Translations under genes and position numbers: made by a program
Shown here: piece after piece, positions 45,901 to 54,710 of the stretch
How positions within the stretch are numbered: position 1 is the first letter of the stretch
Layout of the letters: each line of letters opens with the position of its first letter
DNA from: an uncultured Ectothiorhodospiraceae bacterium
GTDB lineage: Bacteria; Pseudomonadota; Gammaproteobacteria; JAABTG01
Reading direction: 5' to 3'
DNA length: 64,000 nucleotides
NCBI GenBank assembly: GCA_964439835.1
Contig: CAYTPQ010000015.1
Span: 310 to 64,309, forward strand
The notes under the pieces: model-generated
The model's input: the letters and a program-made list of their open reading frames with translations, nothing else
Told to the model about the DNA's origin: nothing
The model's database searches: none

Positions 45901-48900
45901 CGACGGTGGCCGAGGACGGGCGTGTCCTCTACCGCGCCACAGTTGCCGGCGGCGAAGTCCGCTACCACTGGCGCAGCCACGCCGCGGGGGCCGACGTCGC
46001 CGGTAACGACACCCTGATGGGCGGCGAGGGGCGGGACGCCCTCTTCGGCCAGGAGGGCGACGACTCGCTGGACGGGGGCGGTGGGGACGACCGGCTCGAA
46101 GGCGGGCCGGGCAACGACGTGCTGACGGGAGGGCCCGGCGCCGACTACCTGACGGGGGGCGAGGGCGACGACGTCTACCGCTTCACGGCCGGTGACGGCG
46201 CCAACCTGGTCGAGGACGAGGGCGGCGTGGACGCCATCGCCTTTGCCGTAGGCCTCTCCTCGGACTCCGTCACCGCGACTTGGGTCGGAGAGGACCTGGC
46301 CCTCACGGACGCCGACGGCACCCTGCAGGTTCGGCTGCCGGGCTGGTTCTCCCAGGGGCCGTCGATCGAGCGGGTCGAGTGGGCCGACGGCACGCACTGG
46401 ACCGCGGAATTCCTGACCGCCCAGGCGTTGCGCCAGGCCGGCACCGACGCGGACGACGTGCTCGACGGCCACGACGGGCTGGGCGACGTCCTCGAGTCCG
46501 GTGCCGGCAACGACCGGCTGCGCGGGCGCGGCGGCGCCGACGTCCTGCGCGGGGGGGCTGGCGCGGATTGGCTGGACGGCGGCTCCGGCAACGACACGCT
46601 GGACGGGGGTGACGGCGCGGACCTCTACGTCCTCGGCGCCGGCGACGACCTGGTGGCCGACGCCGGCCCGACCGGCGAGGTGAACCGGATCCGGCTTGGC
46701 CCAGGGACCGTCTCGGCCGACCTGACCGCCACCCGCTCGGGCGAAGACCTGGTGCTGCGGTGGTCCGCGCCGGACGTGCCGGCGGGGGACGGCGATGGCG
46801 CGGACGCGGGCGAGGGGGCGGTGACGGTCCAGGGCTACTTCGCAGACCCGGGGCGGTGGGCCCTGGAGCTTGCGAGCGGTGCGCCGGTCTCCGTCGCCGA
46901 GCTGCTGGGCGAGCTGCCGGCGCCGAGTGACGCCCTGCGCCCGGTCTGGGAGACCTTCGAGCAGGCCCAGTACGCGCGGCTGACTCGCGAGGCGGACTAC
47001 GGCAACCGGGTAGGGGCGGGGATCGACGCGCCGCTCGACACCGAGGTGGCCATCGTCCACTACGCCTTCGAGACCCCGCCGTTCCAACGGTTTGAGACCG
47101 AAGACGGCTGGTACTTCCCCGACATGCCGGGGGCGTACGCCGGAAAGGGGTCCTACTGGAGCTGGACCGGCACACCGCCGGGTACCCGCTTCGAGTACCG
47201 GGTCGAGGTGGTGACTTCGCAGGTGGCCGCGCCGGGTGGGGAGGTCGAGCGCGCCCAGGCGGTGTCCTACGAGGAGTCCGAGCGCCGCGGCGAGCTGGTG
47301 CTGTCCTCCCGCGGCGGTTTCTGGACCGACCCCGACGGCTCCGGTGTGTCCTACCGCCAGGCGGTCGATGTTGCCTACGCAGGTGAGGGCTCGCGGGGCT
47401 CGGGTCTCGCCGTGGTCGTCCCCGTTTCTACCGAGACGGCCCGGCTGCAGCGGATCCTGGGCACCGACGGCGACGACCGGGTGCCCGCGGTCTACGGCAG
47501 TGCCCCGAGCCTGATCGACGGCCGCGGCGGGGACGACTTCCTCTCGGGGGGCGAGGGCGTGTCCGACCTGCTCCACGGCGGCGAAGGCCAGGACACATTG
47601 GAGGGCCTCGGTGGGGGCGACGTCCTCATCGGCGGCGCCGGCAGCGACCTGCTGCGTGGCGGGGAGGGGTCCGACACCTACCACTTCTTCGCCGGCCAGG
47701 CCGGGGTCGACGTGTTGGAAGACGACGGCCTGGCGGTCTCGCCGAGCGCGGTGAGCTGGATGCTGGAGGCGGGTCTGCCGAACGGCGAGTGGCGGGACTA
47801 CGAGGGGGTGCTCGACTACCTGCGCTGGTTGCCGGACGACCAGGCGGGCGCGCTGACGGAGTGGCTCTCTGCATGGGGACTGCCGGCCACGCCGCAGACC
47901 GATACCGTCCGGCTGGACGTCGCCGCGGATGCCGTACAGGTCGGGCGGACGGAGCACGACGGCCGTGCCGCGCTGGCGCTGCGCTGGGGGCCGGACCTGG
48001 GCGAGGGGCTGGTGGTGCCGCTGCGCGAGGTCGGCCGGGACCTGGTCGGATTCGGGGTGGAGAGCTTCGAGTTCCTGGACGCCAGCCGTTCGCTAAACGA
48101 GCTCCTGAGCGCCCTGTCGCCGCTGGCGGCCGAGTTCCCGCGCCCGGTCGGGTACTCGACGGCCTGGGTCGGAACGGTCTGGGACGACGAGGGCTGGGGC
48201 GACGCCGGCTCGGACTACCTAGCCGGGGCCGCCGGTCACGACACCCTTCGGGGCTACGACGGCGACGACTGGCTGGAGGGCGGCGACGGCAACGACCGCC
48301 TGCTGGGCGGATGGGGCAACGACGTGCTGGTCGGCGGCGAGGGGTCGGACCGGTTGATAGGCGGCCCGGGAGACGACACCTTCCTGGTCCGCGGTTTCAC
48401 GGGCGGCCGTGACCGCTTCGTCGGCGGCGCGGGGTTCGACCGCATCGTCGGCAGCCCCGATGACGATCGAATTCGCGTCAGCCGCTTTGGCCCAGAGGAT
48501 GGGATCGAGGAGATCGACGGGGCGGGGGGCGGCGATCTGCTGGCAGGCACCGCGGCCGACGACCTGATCGATCTCAGCGCCACCCGCCTGGTGGGCGGCT
48601 GGCGGGTGGACGCCGGGGCGGGGAACGACCGGCTGGTCGGCACGGCAGAGGCCGACGTCCTGATCGGAGGGGCGGGCGACGACACCCTGGCCGGAGGTCC
48701 CGGGGGAGACACCTACCGCTTCGCCCTGGGCCACGGCGCCGACGTCATCGACGAGTTGGGTGGGGGGGACGGCGTCGACCGGCTGATCCTGGGGATCGGC
48801 TTCCGGCCGGTGGACGTGGGGCTGCGCCGGGACGGCGGTGACCTCTCCCTGAGCTTCGGCGCCGGCGCGGACGGCGTGCGGGTGCTCGGCTGGTTCGACG

Positions 48901-49097
48901 ACCCCTCGCGGCGCCTGGAGCGGGTCGTGCTCGCTGACGGCGGCCGGTTGCTCGCGCGTCAGGTGGACGGCCTGATCCAGGCCATGGCCACCTTCACGGC
49001 CGGGCGCGGGGTCGACACCTGGCAGGCGGCGGCCGCACTCGCCCCCGACGATGCGGCAAGCCTGGTCGCCCCCTACTGGGGTACCGCGAGCGGTTGA
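42930..49097 (+). CDS. RTX calcium-binding T1SS substrate with N-terminal lipase/phospholipase (GxSxG) domain
   Basis: AAGGAG RBS; FAGTE, GHSLGG (43278-43295), GDLV and AHALD triad contexts; several blocks of GGxGxDxL nonapeptides; haemolysin-type C-terminal region (VDGLIQAMATF); no N-terminal signal peptide. Confidence 0.92.
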   Translation: MRMDREVLNQIALHASRESYGHDNDLLPAEGFIRRTDLSIVDSGTGLRASVYQRELRDGEGRPLGKFDYVVAFAGTEDWQDAYADIRLGWDQWGMSRDALLDKLAGLSSSGTIHFTGHSLGGALAQYAAYEFSHSHREFLRSQFLPVVPPDITLTTFNALGGMDALEEHSGELAGGALPHYDPEVFAGIDTAHFFVRGDLVARLGGGHVGGNTQELVLGTESAPTLDFLTAHALDTIYAAASGPDGLPGLFANAWPIAPAYLDVSTSQRLAAALGDLFNDSDFRGLEPGLRLAGGVVLALAMAPAAEVEGLANALVENFKLSGGYDDLSFRSRFGLLALSNWGRVQDAISRIGGTVAQATFVGVGATLVLAAGIADLVGSGDRAATESLLKVLAMGFRPDTSFDEEIAGLVAGPRGDPLLRTGLWVAAVEGASSETFVSRVGAVLHGLGLGEDEAARQALHEKLAVPEDWLDGSLRFLYDRARVVGLDPLVFGLDLARAAVEAAPAFLGDRGAGMTAELSETLGHHVVGLAAGVADGVAGYRIDDPRSLLSRPDGVTAADVDRYRDVITQHLGALGGSGESLRGALADARDLLERAGQGIQVRPSTDGQGLEGGLEALAAADPALVVPFTVTLRYAAPAGGQAMRLTLDGAAGEPIQLLGASVEALAEGAGETGNPQWLLTVAEGATSATVFAVFTGGLDRFPVPAYSLGAALTTAAGVQTHDGAVLGDVAVTGPAAPGAAVYLTSDAEDYDLQPAAFAGTPAVFADAGDDRVSLWGPAPAGAVVHGGSGADLIDARFLQLTVADAGAELQGGTQNDVLQGSPGRDRLDGGADHDVLFGYEGADWLQGGAGNDWLDGGEGADLVLDRDGGDVLLGGAGADWVSGGPGEDRIFGDATGLFGLWDGATRTVRAPIADDLFAAGDYGIVLEADSAAAGADVLEGGDGRDSLFGGLGADSLRGGADADHLEGEGGGDRLDGGDGDDVLWGDRSPATVAEDGRVLYRATVAGGEVRYHWRSHAAGADVAGNDTLMGGEGRDALFGQEGDDSLDGGGGDDRLEGGPGNDVLTGGPGADYLTGGEGDDVYRFTAGDGANLVEDEGGVDAIAFAVGLSSDSVTATWVGEDLALTDADGTLQVRLPGWFSQGPSIERVEWADGTHWTAEFLTAQALRQAGTDADDVLDGHDGLGDVLESGAGNDRLRGRGGADVLRGGAGADWLDGGSGNDTLDGGDGADLYVLGAGDDLVADAGPTGEVNRIRLGPGTVSADLTATRSGEDLVLRWSAPDVPAGDGDGADAGEGAVTVQGYFADPGRWALELASGAPVSVAELLGELPAPSDALRPVWETFEQAQYARLTREADYGNRVGAGIDAPLDTEVAIVHYAFETPPFQRFETEDGWYFPDMPGAYAGKGSYWSWTGTPPGTRFEYRVEVVTSQVAAPGGEVERAQAVSYEESERRGELVLSSRGGFWTDPDGSGVSYRQAVDVAYAGEGSRGSGLAVVVPVSTETARLQRILGTDGDDRVPAVYGSAPSLIDGRGGDDFLSGGEGVSDLLHGGEGQDTLEGLGGGDVLIGGAGSDLLRGGEGSDTYHFFAGQAGVDVLEDDGLAVSPSAVSWMLEAGLPNGEWRDYEGVLDYLRWLPDDQAGALTEWLSAWGLPATPQTDTVRLDVAADAVQVGRTEHDGRAALALRWGPDLGEGLVVPLREVGRDLVGFGVESFEFLDASRSLNELLSALSPLAAEFPRPVGYSTAWVGTVWDDEGWGDAGSDYLAGAAGHDTLRGYDGDDWLEGGDGNDRLLGGWGNDVLVGGEGSDRLIGGPGDDTFLVRGFTGGRDRFVGGAGFDRIVGSPDDDRIRVSRFGPEDGIEEIDGAGGGDLLAGTAADDLIDLSATRLVGGWRVDAGAGNDRLVGTAEADVLIGGAGDDTLAGGPGGDTYRFALGHGADVIDELGGGDGVDRLILGIGFRPVDVGLRRDGGDLSLSFGAGADGVRVLGWFDDPSRRLERVVLADGGRLLARQVDGLIQAMATFTAGRGVDTWQAAAALAPDDAASLVAPYWGTASG

Positions 49098-49294
49098 GGG
49101 TCCGGGCCGGGGCGGCGCGGACGCAGCCCCGGCCCTGGCCCGCGCCGCGCTTGCCCGGATCGCCGAGCCCTCGCGGCCGTTCGCGCCGCCCACCGACTAT
49201 CCTTTAGGCGTTGACGACCCCGTTCCGTGGCGGCGCCGCCGGTCGCGTGGGCTGACCGGGACGTGCGCCACGGCCCCACCCGGAGACGAGCGCG

Positions 49295-50398
49295 ATGAAG
49301 ATCACGTTGAGCGTCATCAAGGCCGACATCGGCTCGGTCGGCGGCCACATCTGCCCCTCGGAGGGCCTGCTCGAGTCGGTGCGGGCCTACGTGCACCGGC
49401 ACGGCGAGGGATTGCTCATCGACACCTACGTCAGCCACACCGGCGACGACATCGCCATCCTCATGACGCACACCCACGGCGCGGGCGACGAGCGGGTGCA
49501 CAAGCTCGCCTGGGGCGCCTTTCTGGAGGGCACCGCGGTGGCGAAGGCCGAGGGGCTCTACGGCGCCGGCCAGGACCTCCTGAAGGACGCCTTCTCCGGC
49601 AACGTCCGGGGGATGGGGCCGGCCGTGGCGGAACTCGAGTTCGAGGAGCGCCCGAGCGAGCCGTTCCTGTTCTTCGCCGGCGACAAGACCGACCCCGGGG
49701 CCTTCAACCTGCCGCTCTACCTGGCCTTCGTCGACCCGATGAACACCCCGGGGCTGATCCTGGCCCCGTCGATGGGCAAGGGATTCCGGTTCCTCATCAT
49801 GGACGTGGCGTATACGGAGGGCGACCGGGTCATCGAGCTGAACGCCCCGGAGGACCTCTACGCCATCGCCGCGCTGTTGCGCGACACCGAGCGCTACGTG
49901 GTCGAGTCGGTCTGGTCGCGGTCGACTGGCGAGCAGGCGGTGGTTGCCTCCACCTCGCGACTGCACAACATCGCCGGCAAGTACACCGGCAAGGACGACC
50001 CGGTGATGCTGGTGCGGGTGCAGAAGGACTTTCCCGCCACCGGCGAGATCCTGGCCCCCTACGCGCTCGGCCCCTACGTCGCCGGCTGCATGCGCGGCTC
50101 CCACCAGATGCCGCTGATGCCGGTGCCGCTCGCCTCGGGGATCAGCTACTTCGACGGCCCGCCGGTGATGAGCTGCGCCGCCTTCTCGATGCGCGACGGG
50201 CTGCTGACCGGCCCGGTGGACGCCTTTGCCCACCCGTTCTGGGACACGGTCCGCGAGCGGGTCTCCCACAAGGCCCTCGACATGCGCCGCCAGGGCTTCT
50301 TCGGCGCTGCCATGCTGCCCTGGTCCGAGCTGGAGTACACCGGGATCACCGAGAAGCTGGCTGCCCTGGATGCGCGATTCCAGGTTCGGTCTTCCTGA
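49295..50398 (+). CDS. fbp: Bifunctional fructose-1,6-bisphosphate aldolase/phosphatase (class V, archaeal type)
   Basis: IKADIGSVGGH, HTGDDI, FSGNVRGMGP, DKTDPGAFN, RLHNIAGKYTGKDDP (Tyr/Lys Schiff-base loop), MRGSH, YFDGPP. Confidence 0.93.
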   Translation: MKITLSVIKADIGSVGGHICPSEGLLESVRAYVHRHGEGLLIDTYVSHTGDDIAILMTHTHGAGDERVHKLAWGAFLEGTAVAKAEGLYGAGQDLLKDAFSGNVRGMGPAVAELEFEERPSEPFLFFAGDKTDPGAFNLPLYLAFVDPMNTPGLILAPSMGKGFRFLIMDVAYTEGDRVIELNAPEDLYAIAALLRDTERYVVESVWSRSTGEQAVVASTSRLHNIAGKYTGKDDPVMLVRVQKDFPATGEILAPYALGPYVAGCMRGSHQMPLMPVPLASGISYFDGPPVMSCAAFSMRDGLLTGPVDAFAHPFWDTVRERVSHKALDMRRQGFFGAAMLPWSELEYTGITEKLAALDARFQVRSS

Positions 50399-50561
50399 GC
50401 GGCACCCCGGGGCGCCGTGTAGCCGACCCCCGGCCCCGGTAGCTAGCGTCAGCCGGGACCGGGTTTCCTTCGGCAGGTGTGAACGTCTGCGACAGGGCAG
50501 ACGCGGATGCCGACCATCAGGGGGGCGCCAAGGGAGGCGGACAGCCCGTGGCGGACGCCGG

Positions 50562-50775
50562 TCATCCGCGCCGGTAGGTCCCCATCAGCTGGGCGCGACC
50601 GATCACGTGGCCCTCCATGGCCTTTTCCAGCTTCACCTTGGTCGGCTGGCGGAGGTCCGGCAGCACCACGTCCAGGGCGTAGAGCTTGTGGAAATAGCGG
50701 TGGCGCCCGACGGGGGGGGCCGCCGTACCCGGTGCGCTTCCAGTCGTTCACTCCCTCGCGGGTGCCGGAGGCCAC
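50562..50775 (-). pseudogene. Truncated and frameshifted YbhB/YbcL (PEBP/RKIP-like) gene
   Basis: One frame gives GVNDWKRTGYGGP; after a C8 run another frame gives PVGRHRYFHKLYALDVVLPDL...KAMEGHVIGRAQLMGTY. The GPCPP Cys and the N-terminal half are missing. Confidence 0.8.
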
Positions 50776-50815
50776 CGACTGCCTGCGCCGGGGCGGCGAC
50801 GTACGCCGCGCCTCC

Positions 50816-51232
50816 TCAGCGCAGGACCTCGGCCAGCCGGCGCACCGCCGTTCCCGGGTCGCCCTCCAGCCACTCGGCCATCGCCTCGGCGCCGGCGTCG
50901 TGGTCCGGCTGGCCCTCGGGCTCGGCCGCGCGCGTCATCGCCCGGCCGACCAGGTGGCTCACCTCCTGCTCCTGCATCTTCCGCGCTCCGCGCAGGTACA
51001 TGACCAGCACCGCCAGGGCCTCGGTCTCGCCGAGGCCGCGGCTCTCGGCCAGGGCGCCGGCCGCGCCCAGCAGGAAGGTCGCGTAGCGCTCGCGCTCGGC
51101 CGGGATGGTGAGGGTGCGGGTGTCCACCAGCGCCAGGGAGGGCCGGGTGAAGGACTCGAGCTTCGCCCGCAGCTTCTCCAGCTCCCGGGACAGGTCGGGC
51201 TTGCCGAACGTTCGCCTGAGCCAGCTCCGCAT
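50816..51232 (-). CDS. Hypothetical helical protein
   Basis: 138-aa ORF with ATG start and ordinary amino-acid composition; no motif recognised. Confidence 0.6.
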   Translation of the reverse strand: MRSWLRRTFGKPDLSRELEKLRAKLESFTRPSLALVDTRTLTIPAERERYATFLLGAAGALAESRGLGETEALAVLVMYLRGARKMQEQEVSHLVGRAMTRAAEPEGQPDHDAGAEAMAEWLEGDPGTAVRRLAEVLR

Positions 51233-51367
51233 GGATCGATACCTCGCCGGCGGTCGTGCAGGGGGGCCGCGCTTTCGTGGATACTGGGCGGGAAGTATCA
51301 GCGAAGGCGCCTTGGATCAAGGCTCGCGGGTCGGGGTATCGCGGGCATGCTGCGGGAGGAACTCGGT

Positions 51368-52090
51368 ATGGCGGCGACACAGCAGCAAGGCTTCTCGGTC
51401 GAGACCCTGGAGCTCGGCCCGATGGAGAACTTCGTCTACCTGATCCGCGACCACGCGACCGGGCGGGCGGCGGTGGTCGACCCGGCCTGGGAGCCGGAGG
51501 CGATCCTGCGGGCCGTGCGCGAGGCAGGGGTCACCCTGACCGACATCCTGCTGACCCACAGCCACCACGACCACGTGAACGGGATCGAGGCGGTGCTCGC
51601 GGCCTGCGACGCCCAGGTCCACCTGCTGAAGCCCGAGGCGCGCTTCTGGGGCTCCTACCAGGACCTGCCGACCCTGCACCACGGCGGCGACGTGATCCCG
51701 CTGGGCGAGACCGCCATCGAGGTCCTGCACACCCCGGGGCACACGCCGGGCTCGGCCTGCTATCGGGTCGGCAACGAGCTGATCGCCGGCGACACATTAT
51801 TTGTATTCGGCTGTGGGCGCTGCGACCTGCGCGGCGGCGACCCCGAGGCCATGTACGCGACCCTGAAGCGGCTGACCGAGGGCCTCCCCCCCGACACCTT
51901 GCTGCGGCCCGGGCACAACTACTCGGTGACGCCGACCACCACGCTGGCTGAGCAGCTCGCCGGCAACCCCTTCCTGCACTTCGACGACGTGCACCGCTTC
52001 GTCGCCTACCGTATGCACTACCACGACCGCCACCGCCACGAGCCCTACGGGCCGGTCGAGCGGGCAGCGGTCGACGCCCTGCGGCTCTGA
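51368..52090 (+). CDS. Metallo-beta-lactamase-fold hydrolase (glyoxalase II / persulfide dioxygenase-like superfamily)
   Basis: THSHHDH, HTPGHTPGS, GDTLF.GCGRCD, PGHNY; GGAGG RBS before ATG 51368. Confidence 0.88.
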   Translation: MAATQQQGFSVETLELGPMENFVYLIRDHATGRAAVVDPAWEPEAILRAVREAGVTLTDILLTHSHHDHVNGIEAVLAACDAQVHLLKPEARFWGSYQDLPTLHHGGDVIPLGETAIEVLHTPGHTPGSACYRVGNELIAGDTLFVFGCGRCDLRGGDPEAMYATLKRLTEGLPPDTLLRPGHNYSVTPTTTLAEQLAGNPFLHFDDVHRFVAYRMHYHDRHRHEPYGPVERAAVDALRL

Positions 52091-52187
52091 TGGGCGCTCA
52101 CGGGTGCGCTCGCCGTCCAAGCTCGAGCCGCCCGCCGGACCGCATTGCCTCGGGCACCGACCCTATCTGCGCGGTATCCTCCCGGCC

Positions 52188-52877
52188 ATGGACATCGAGG
52201 TGTTGCCGGATGCCGGGGCCGTCGCCCGCCGGGCGGCCGAGTTCATCGCCGGAGAGGCGCGGGCGGCGGTGGCCGCGCGCAGGCGCTTCGTGCTGGCGGT
52301 GAGCGGGGGTCAGACCCCATGGGTGATGCTGCGGACACTGGCCGGTCTGGACGTCCCCTGGGCGGACGTGCACCTGGTCCAGGTGGACGAGCGGGTCGCC
52401 CCGGTGGGGGATCCGGACCGGAATCTGACGCACCTGCGCGAGAGCCTGGTCGATCACGTGCCCCTGCCCCCGGAGCGGGTCCACGCCATGCCGGTGGAGT
52501 CGGCGGACCTGGAGGCAGGAGCGGCGGCCTACGCCGCGACGCTCCGTGAGATTGCCGGGGCGCCGCCCGTGCTCGACCTGGTGCACCTGGGCCTCGGGCC
52601 CGACGGCCACACCGCCTCGCTCGTTCCCGGCGACCCGGCCCTCGCCGTCACGCAGGCGGACGTCGGCGTCACCGCCCCCTACCGAGGCCGGCGCCGCATG
52701 ACCCTGACCTTCCCGGTCCTCGACCGCGCCCGCCGCGTCCTGTGGGTCGTCACCGGCGCCGAGAAGGCGGAGATGCTGGCGCGGTTGCTGGTGGGTGACC
52801 CGAGCATCCCGGCGGGCCGGGTGCGGCAGGACCGGGCCGTCGCGTTAGTGGACCGCGGGGCAGCCGGCTCGGGTTGA
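52188..52877 (+). CDS. pgl: 6-phosphogluconolactonase
   Basis: SGGQTP, VDERVAP, LGLGPDGHTASL, RMTLTFP, VTGAEKA. Confidence 0.88.
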   Translation: MDIEVLPDAGAVARRAAEFIAGEARAAVAARRRFVLAVSGGQTPWVMLRTLAGLDVPWADVHLVQVDERVAPVGDPDRNLTHLRESLVDHVPLPPERVHAMPVESADLEAGAAAYAATLREIAGAPPVLDLVHLGLGPDGHTASLVPGDPALAVTQADVGVTAPYRGRRRMTLTFPVLDRARRVLWVVTGAEKAEMLARLLVGDPSIPAGRVRQDRAVALVDRGAAGSG

Positions 52878-52912
52878 GTCTCCATCCCAGCATCCACTGA
52901 CCAGGAGGCAGC

Positions 52913-53233
52913 ATGCAGCTCACCACCACCCAGAGCATCGAAGGCAGGCGGATCGTGAAGTACTGCGGAGTCGTCGCCGGGGAGGCGATCCTCGGCGCCA
53001 ACCTCTTCAAGGACCTGTTCGCCGGGATCCGCGACCTGGTCGGCGGGCGCTCGGCGAGCTATGAGCGCGAGCTGCAGCGGGCGCGGGATATCGCGCTGGA
53101 GGAGCTGCAGGAGCGGGCGCAGGAACTCGGCGCCAACGCGGTGGTCGGCGTGGACCTCGACTACGAGGTGCTGGGGCAGAACAACAGCATGCTGATGGTC
53201 ACCGCCAGCGGCACGGCGGTGGTGGTGGAGTAG
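52913..53233 (+). CDS. YbjQ/UPF0145 family protein
   Basis: [42 protein letters not shown]. Confidence 0.93.
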   Translation: MQLTTTQSIEGRRIVKYCGVVAGEAILGANLFKDLFAGIRDLVGGRSASYERELQRARDIALEELQERAQELGANAVVGVDLDYEVLGQNNSMLMVTASGTAVVVE

Positions 53234-53272
53234 CCGGGCGGCCGGGGACGGCCGCAACCGGCTCCGGAGGCG

Positions 53273-53851
53273 TCACCACCCCCAGGGCATCATCCGCCCG
53301 GCGCGGCCCATGGTGGAGTCCATGTTGGCCGCGATCACGCTCATCTTCGCGTTCATGCCGGCGACCTCGTTGGCGAGCACCGGCATGGCGTTCATCTTGG
53401 CGTTCATGGCCTGCATCTCGGCGTACATGCCGGGCATCGCGTCGATCGACTTGGCCATGCTGCTCAGGAACAGCGCCACCGCGGCGCCCGCGTCGAACTG
53501 CGGCGAGGAGCGCATGTACTGGCTGAGCCACCCTACCTTCTGCTCGAACTCCTCCAGGCGGGCGCGGTCAGCGGGCGGCAGCTGGGCCATCAACTGATCG
53601 CGGGTCGGACCCGGGGCGGCCAGGGGCGGTTGCGCCGCCGGCGCCGAGGTGCCCTGGGTCTGGGCGCCCGCCGGGGCGGCCACGTAGGCGCCGGCGCCGA
53701 ACCCCAGGGCCGCGGCGAGCGTGAGGCCGGCGAGCGGCCAGCGGCGCTCGCGGCTCAGGGCGGCGCAGCGGGCCTCCGATCGGGCGAGGTCCCGGGCAAG
53801 GGCCAGAACGGTGAGGTCCTGATCGGGCACGGCGACGTTAGTGTCTGTCAC
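53273..53851 (-). CDS. Membrane-anchored protein with a Met-rich C-terminal coiled coil
   Basis: GAGGAG RBS 7 nt before GTG at 53851; TM helix WPLAGLTLAAALGFGAGAYVAA; 13 Met in the last ~65 aa, ending MGRAGRMMPWGW. Confidence 0.75.
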   Translation of the reverse strand: MTDTNVAVPDQDLTVLALARDLARSEARCAALSRERRWPLAGLTLAAALGFGAGAYVAAPAGAQTQGTSAPAAQPPLAAPGPTRDQLMAQLPPADRARLEEFEQKVGWLSQYMRSSPQFDAGAAVALFLSSMAKSIDAMPGMYAEMQAMNAKMNAMPVLANEVAGMNAKMSVIAANMDSTMGRAGRMMPWGW

Positions 53852-54070
53852 GGGCGACTCCTCGGATGGGTGGCCAAACGGCGCCTTCACTGTACCAGCT
53901 GGGTCGGCAGGGTCACTGCTTGTTGCCAAATGCTGCCCCGCTCACCTGAGCACGGGGCGATCCCCCCGACCGTCGGGCATCCCGTGCATGCCTCAGGCGT
54001 AGGCCGGGTGTCCCGAACGGTCTCGTGGGCCCCGGCCTTCGTCCGGCCGACGCCCGGGCCCGGAGGCTGC

Positions 54071-54706
54071 TCAGGGCGCGTGCGCCCGTGCCGGCCCGAT
54101 GCGCGAGAAGCCTGGCAGGCGCAGGGCGAGGAGTGCCACTAGGACCCCGGTGTACACGAGCGGGTTCAGGGTGTCGGCCTTGACCAGCCAGAGGTAGTGC
54201 AAGCAGGCGAGCACAGCGATGACGTAGACCAGCTGGTGGATCTGCTTCCAGCGTCGGCCGCCCAGGCGCCGGACCATGCCGTCGGTGGAGGTCGCGGCGA
54301 GGGGGACCAGCAGGACCAGGGCGGTGAAGCCGACCGTGATGTAGGGGCGCTTGACCACGGACTCGGCGATCTCTGCCAGGTCCAGGCCCTGGTCGACCAC
54401 GACGAAGGTGAGGAAGTGCAGCAGCGCGTAGACGAACGCGGACACGCCAATCATCCGCCGGAACCGCAGCAGCCAGCCCCAGCCGGTCAGCCGGCGCAGC
54501 GGCGTGATGGCGAGCGTGACGAGCAGCAGCCGCAGGGCCCAGATCCCCGTCTCGTGCAGCACCGCTTCCACGGGGTTCGCGCCCAGGGCGTCTGCGAGGC
54601 CGCGCCAGACGAGCACCGCCAACGGTGTCGCGAGCAGGAGGAGGAGGGCGGTCTTCGCCGCCCACCAGGGGAACCGGCGGGGCCCGGCAGCCGGCGCGAG
54701 GCCCAC
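54071..54706 (-). CDS. msrQ: Protein-methionine-sulfoxide reductase heme-binding subunit
   Basis: ANPVEAVLHETG, RRMIG, YALLHF, KRPYITVG, WKQIHQLVY, LHYLWLVK. Confidence 0.93.
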   Translation of the reverse strand: MGLAPAAGPRRFPWWAAKTALLLLLATPLAVLVWRGLADALGANPVEAVLHETGIWALRLLLVTLAITPLRRLTGWGWLLRFRRMIGVSAFVYALLHFLTFVVVDQGLDLAEIAESVVKRPYITVGFTALVLLVPLAATSTDGMVRRLGGRRWKQIHQLVYVIAVLACLHYLWLVKADTLNPLVYTGVLVALLALRLPGFSRIGPARAHAP

Positions 54707-54710
54707 GGCG

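Noticed and set aside
43257-47957. 1566-aa minus-strand ORF
   Set aside because: Antisense shadow of the RTX gene; no motifs, and long stop-free antisense frames are expected at this GC content.
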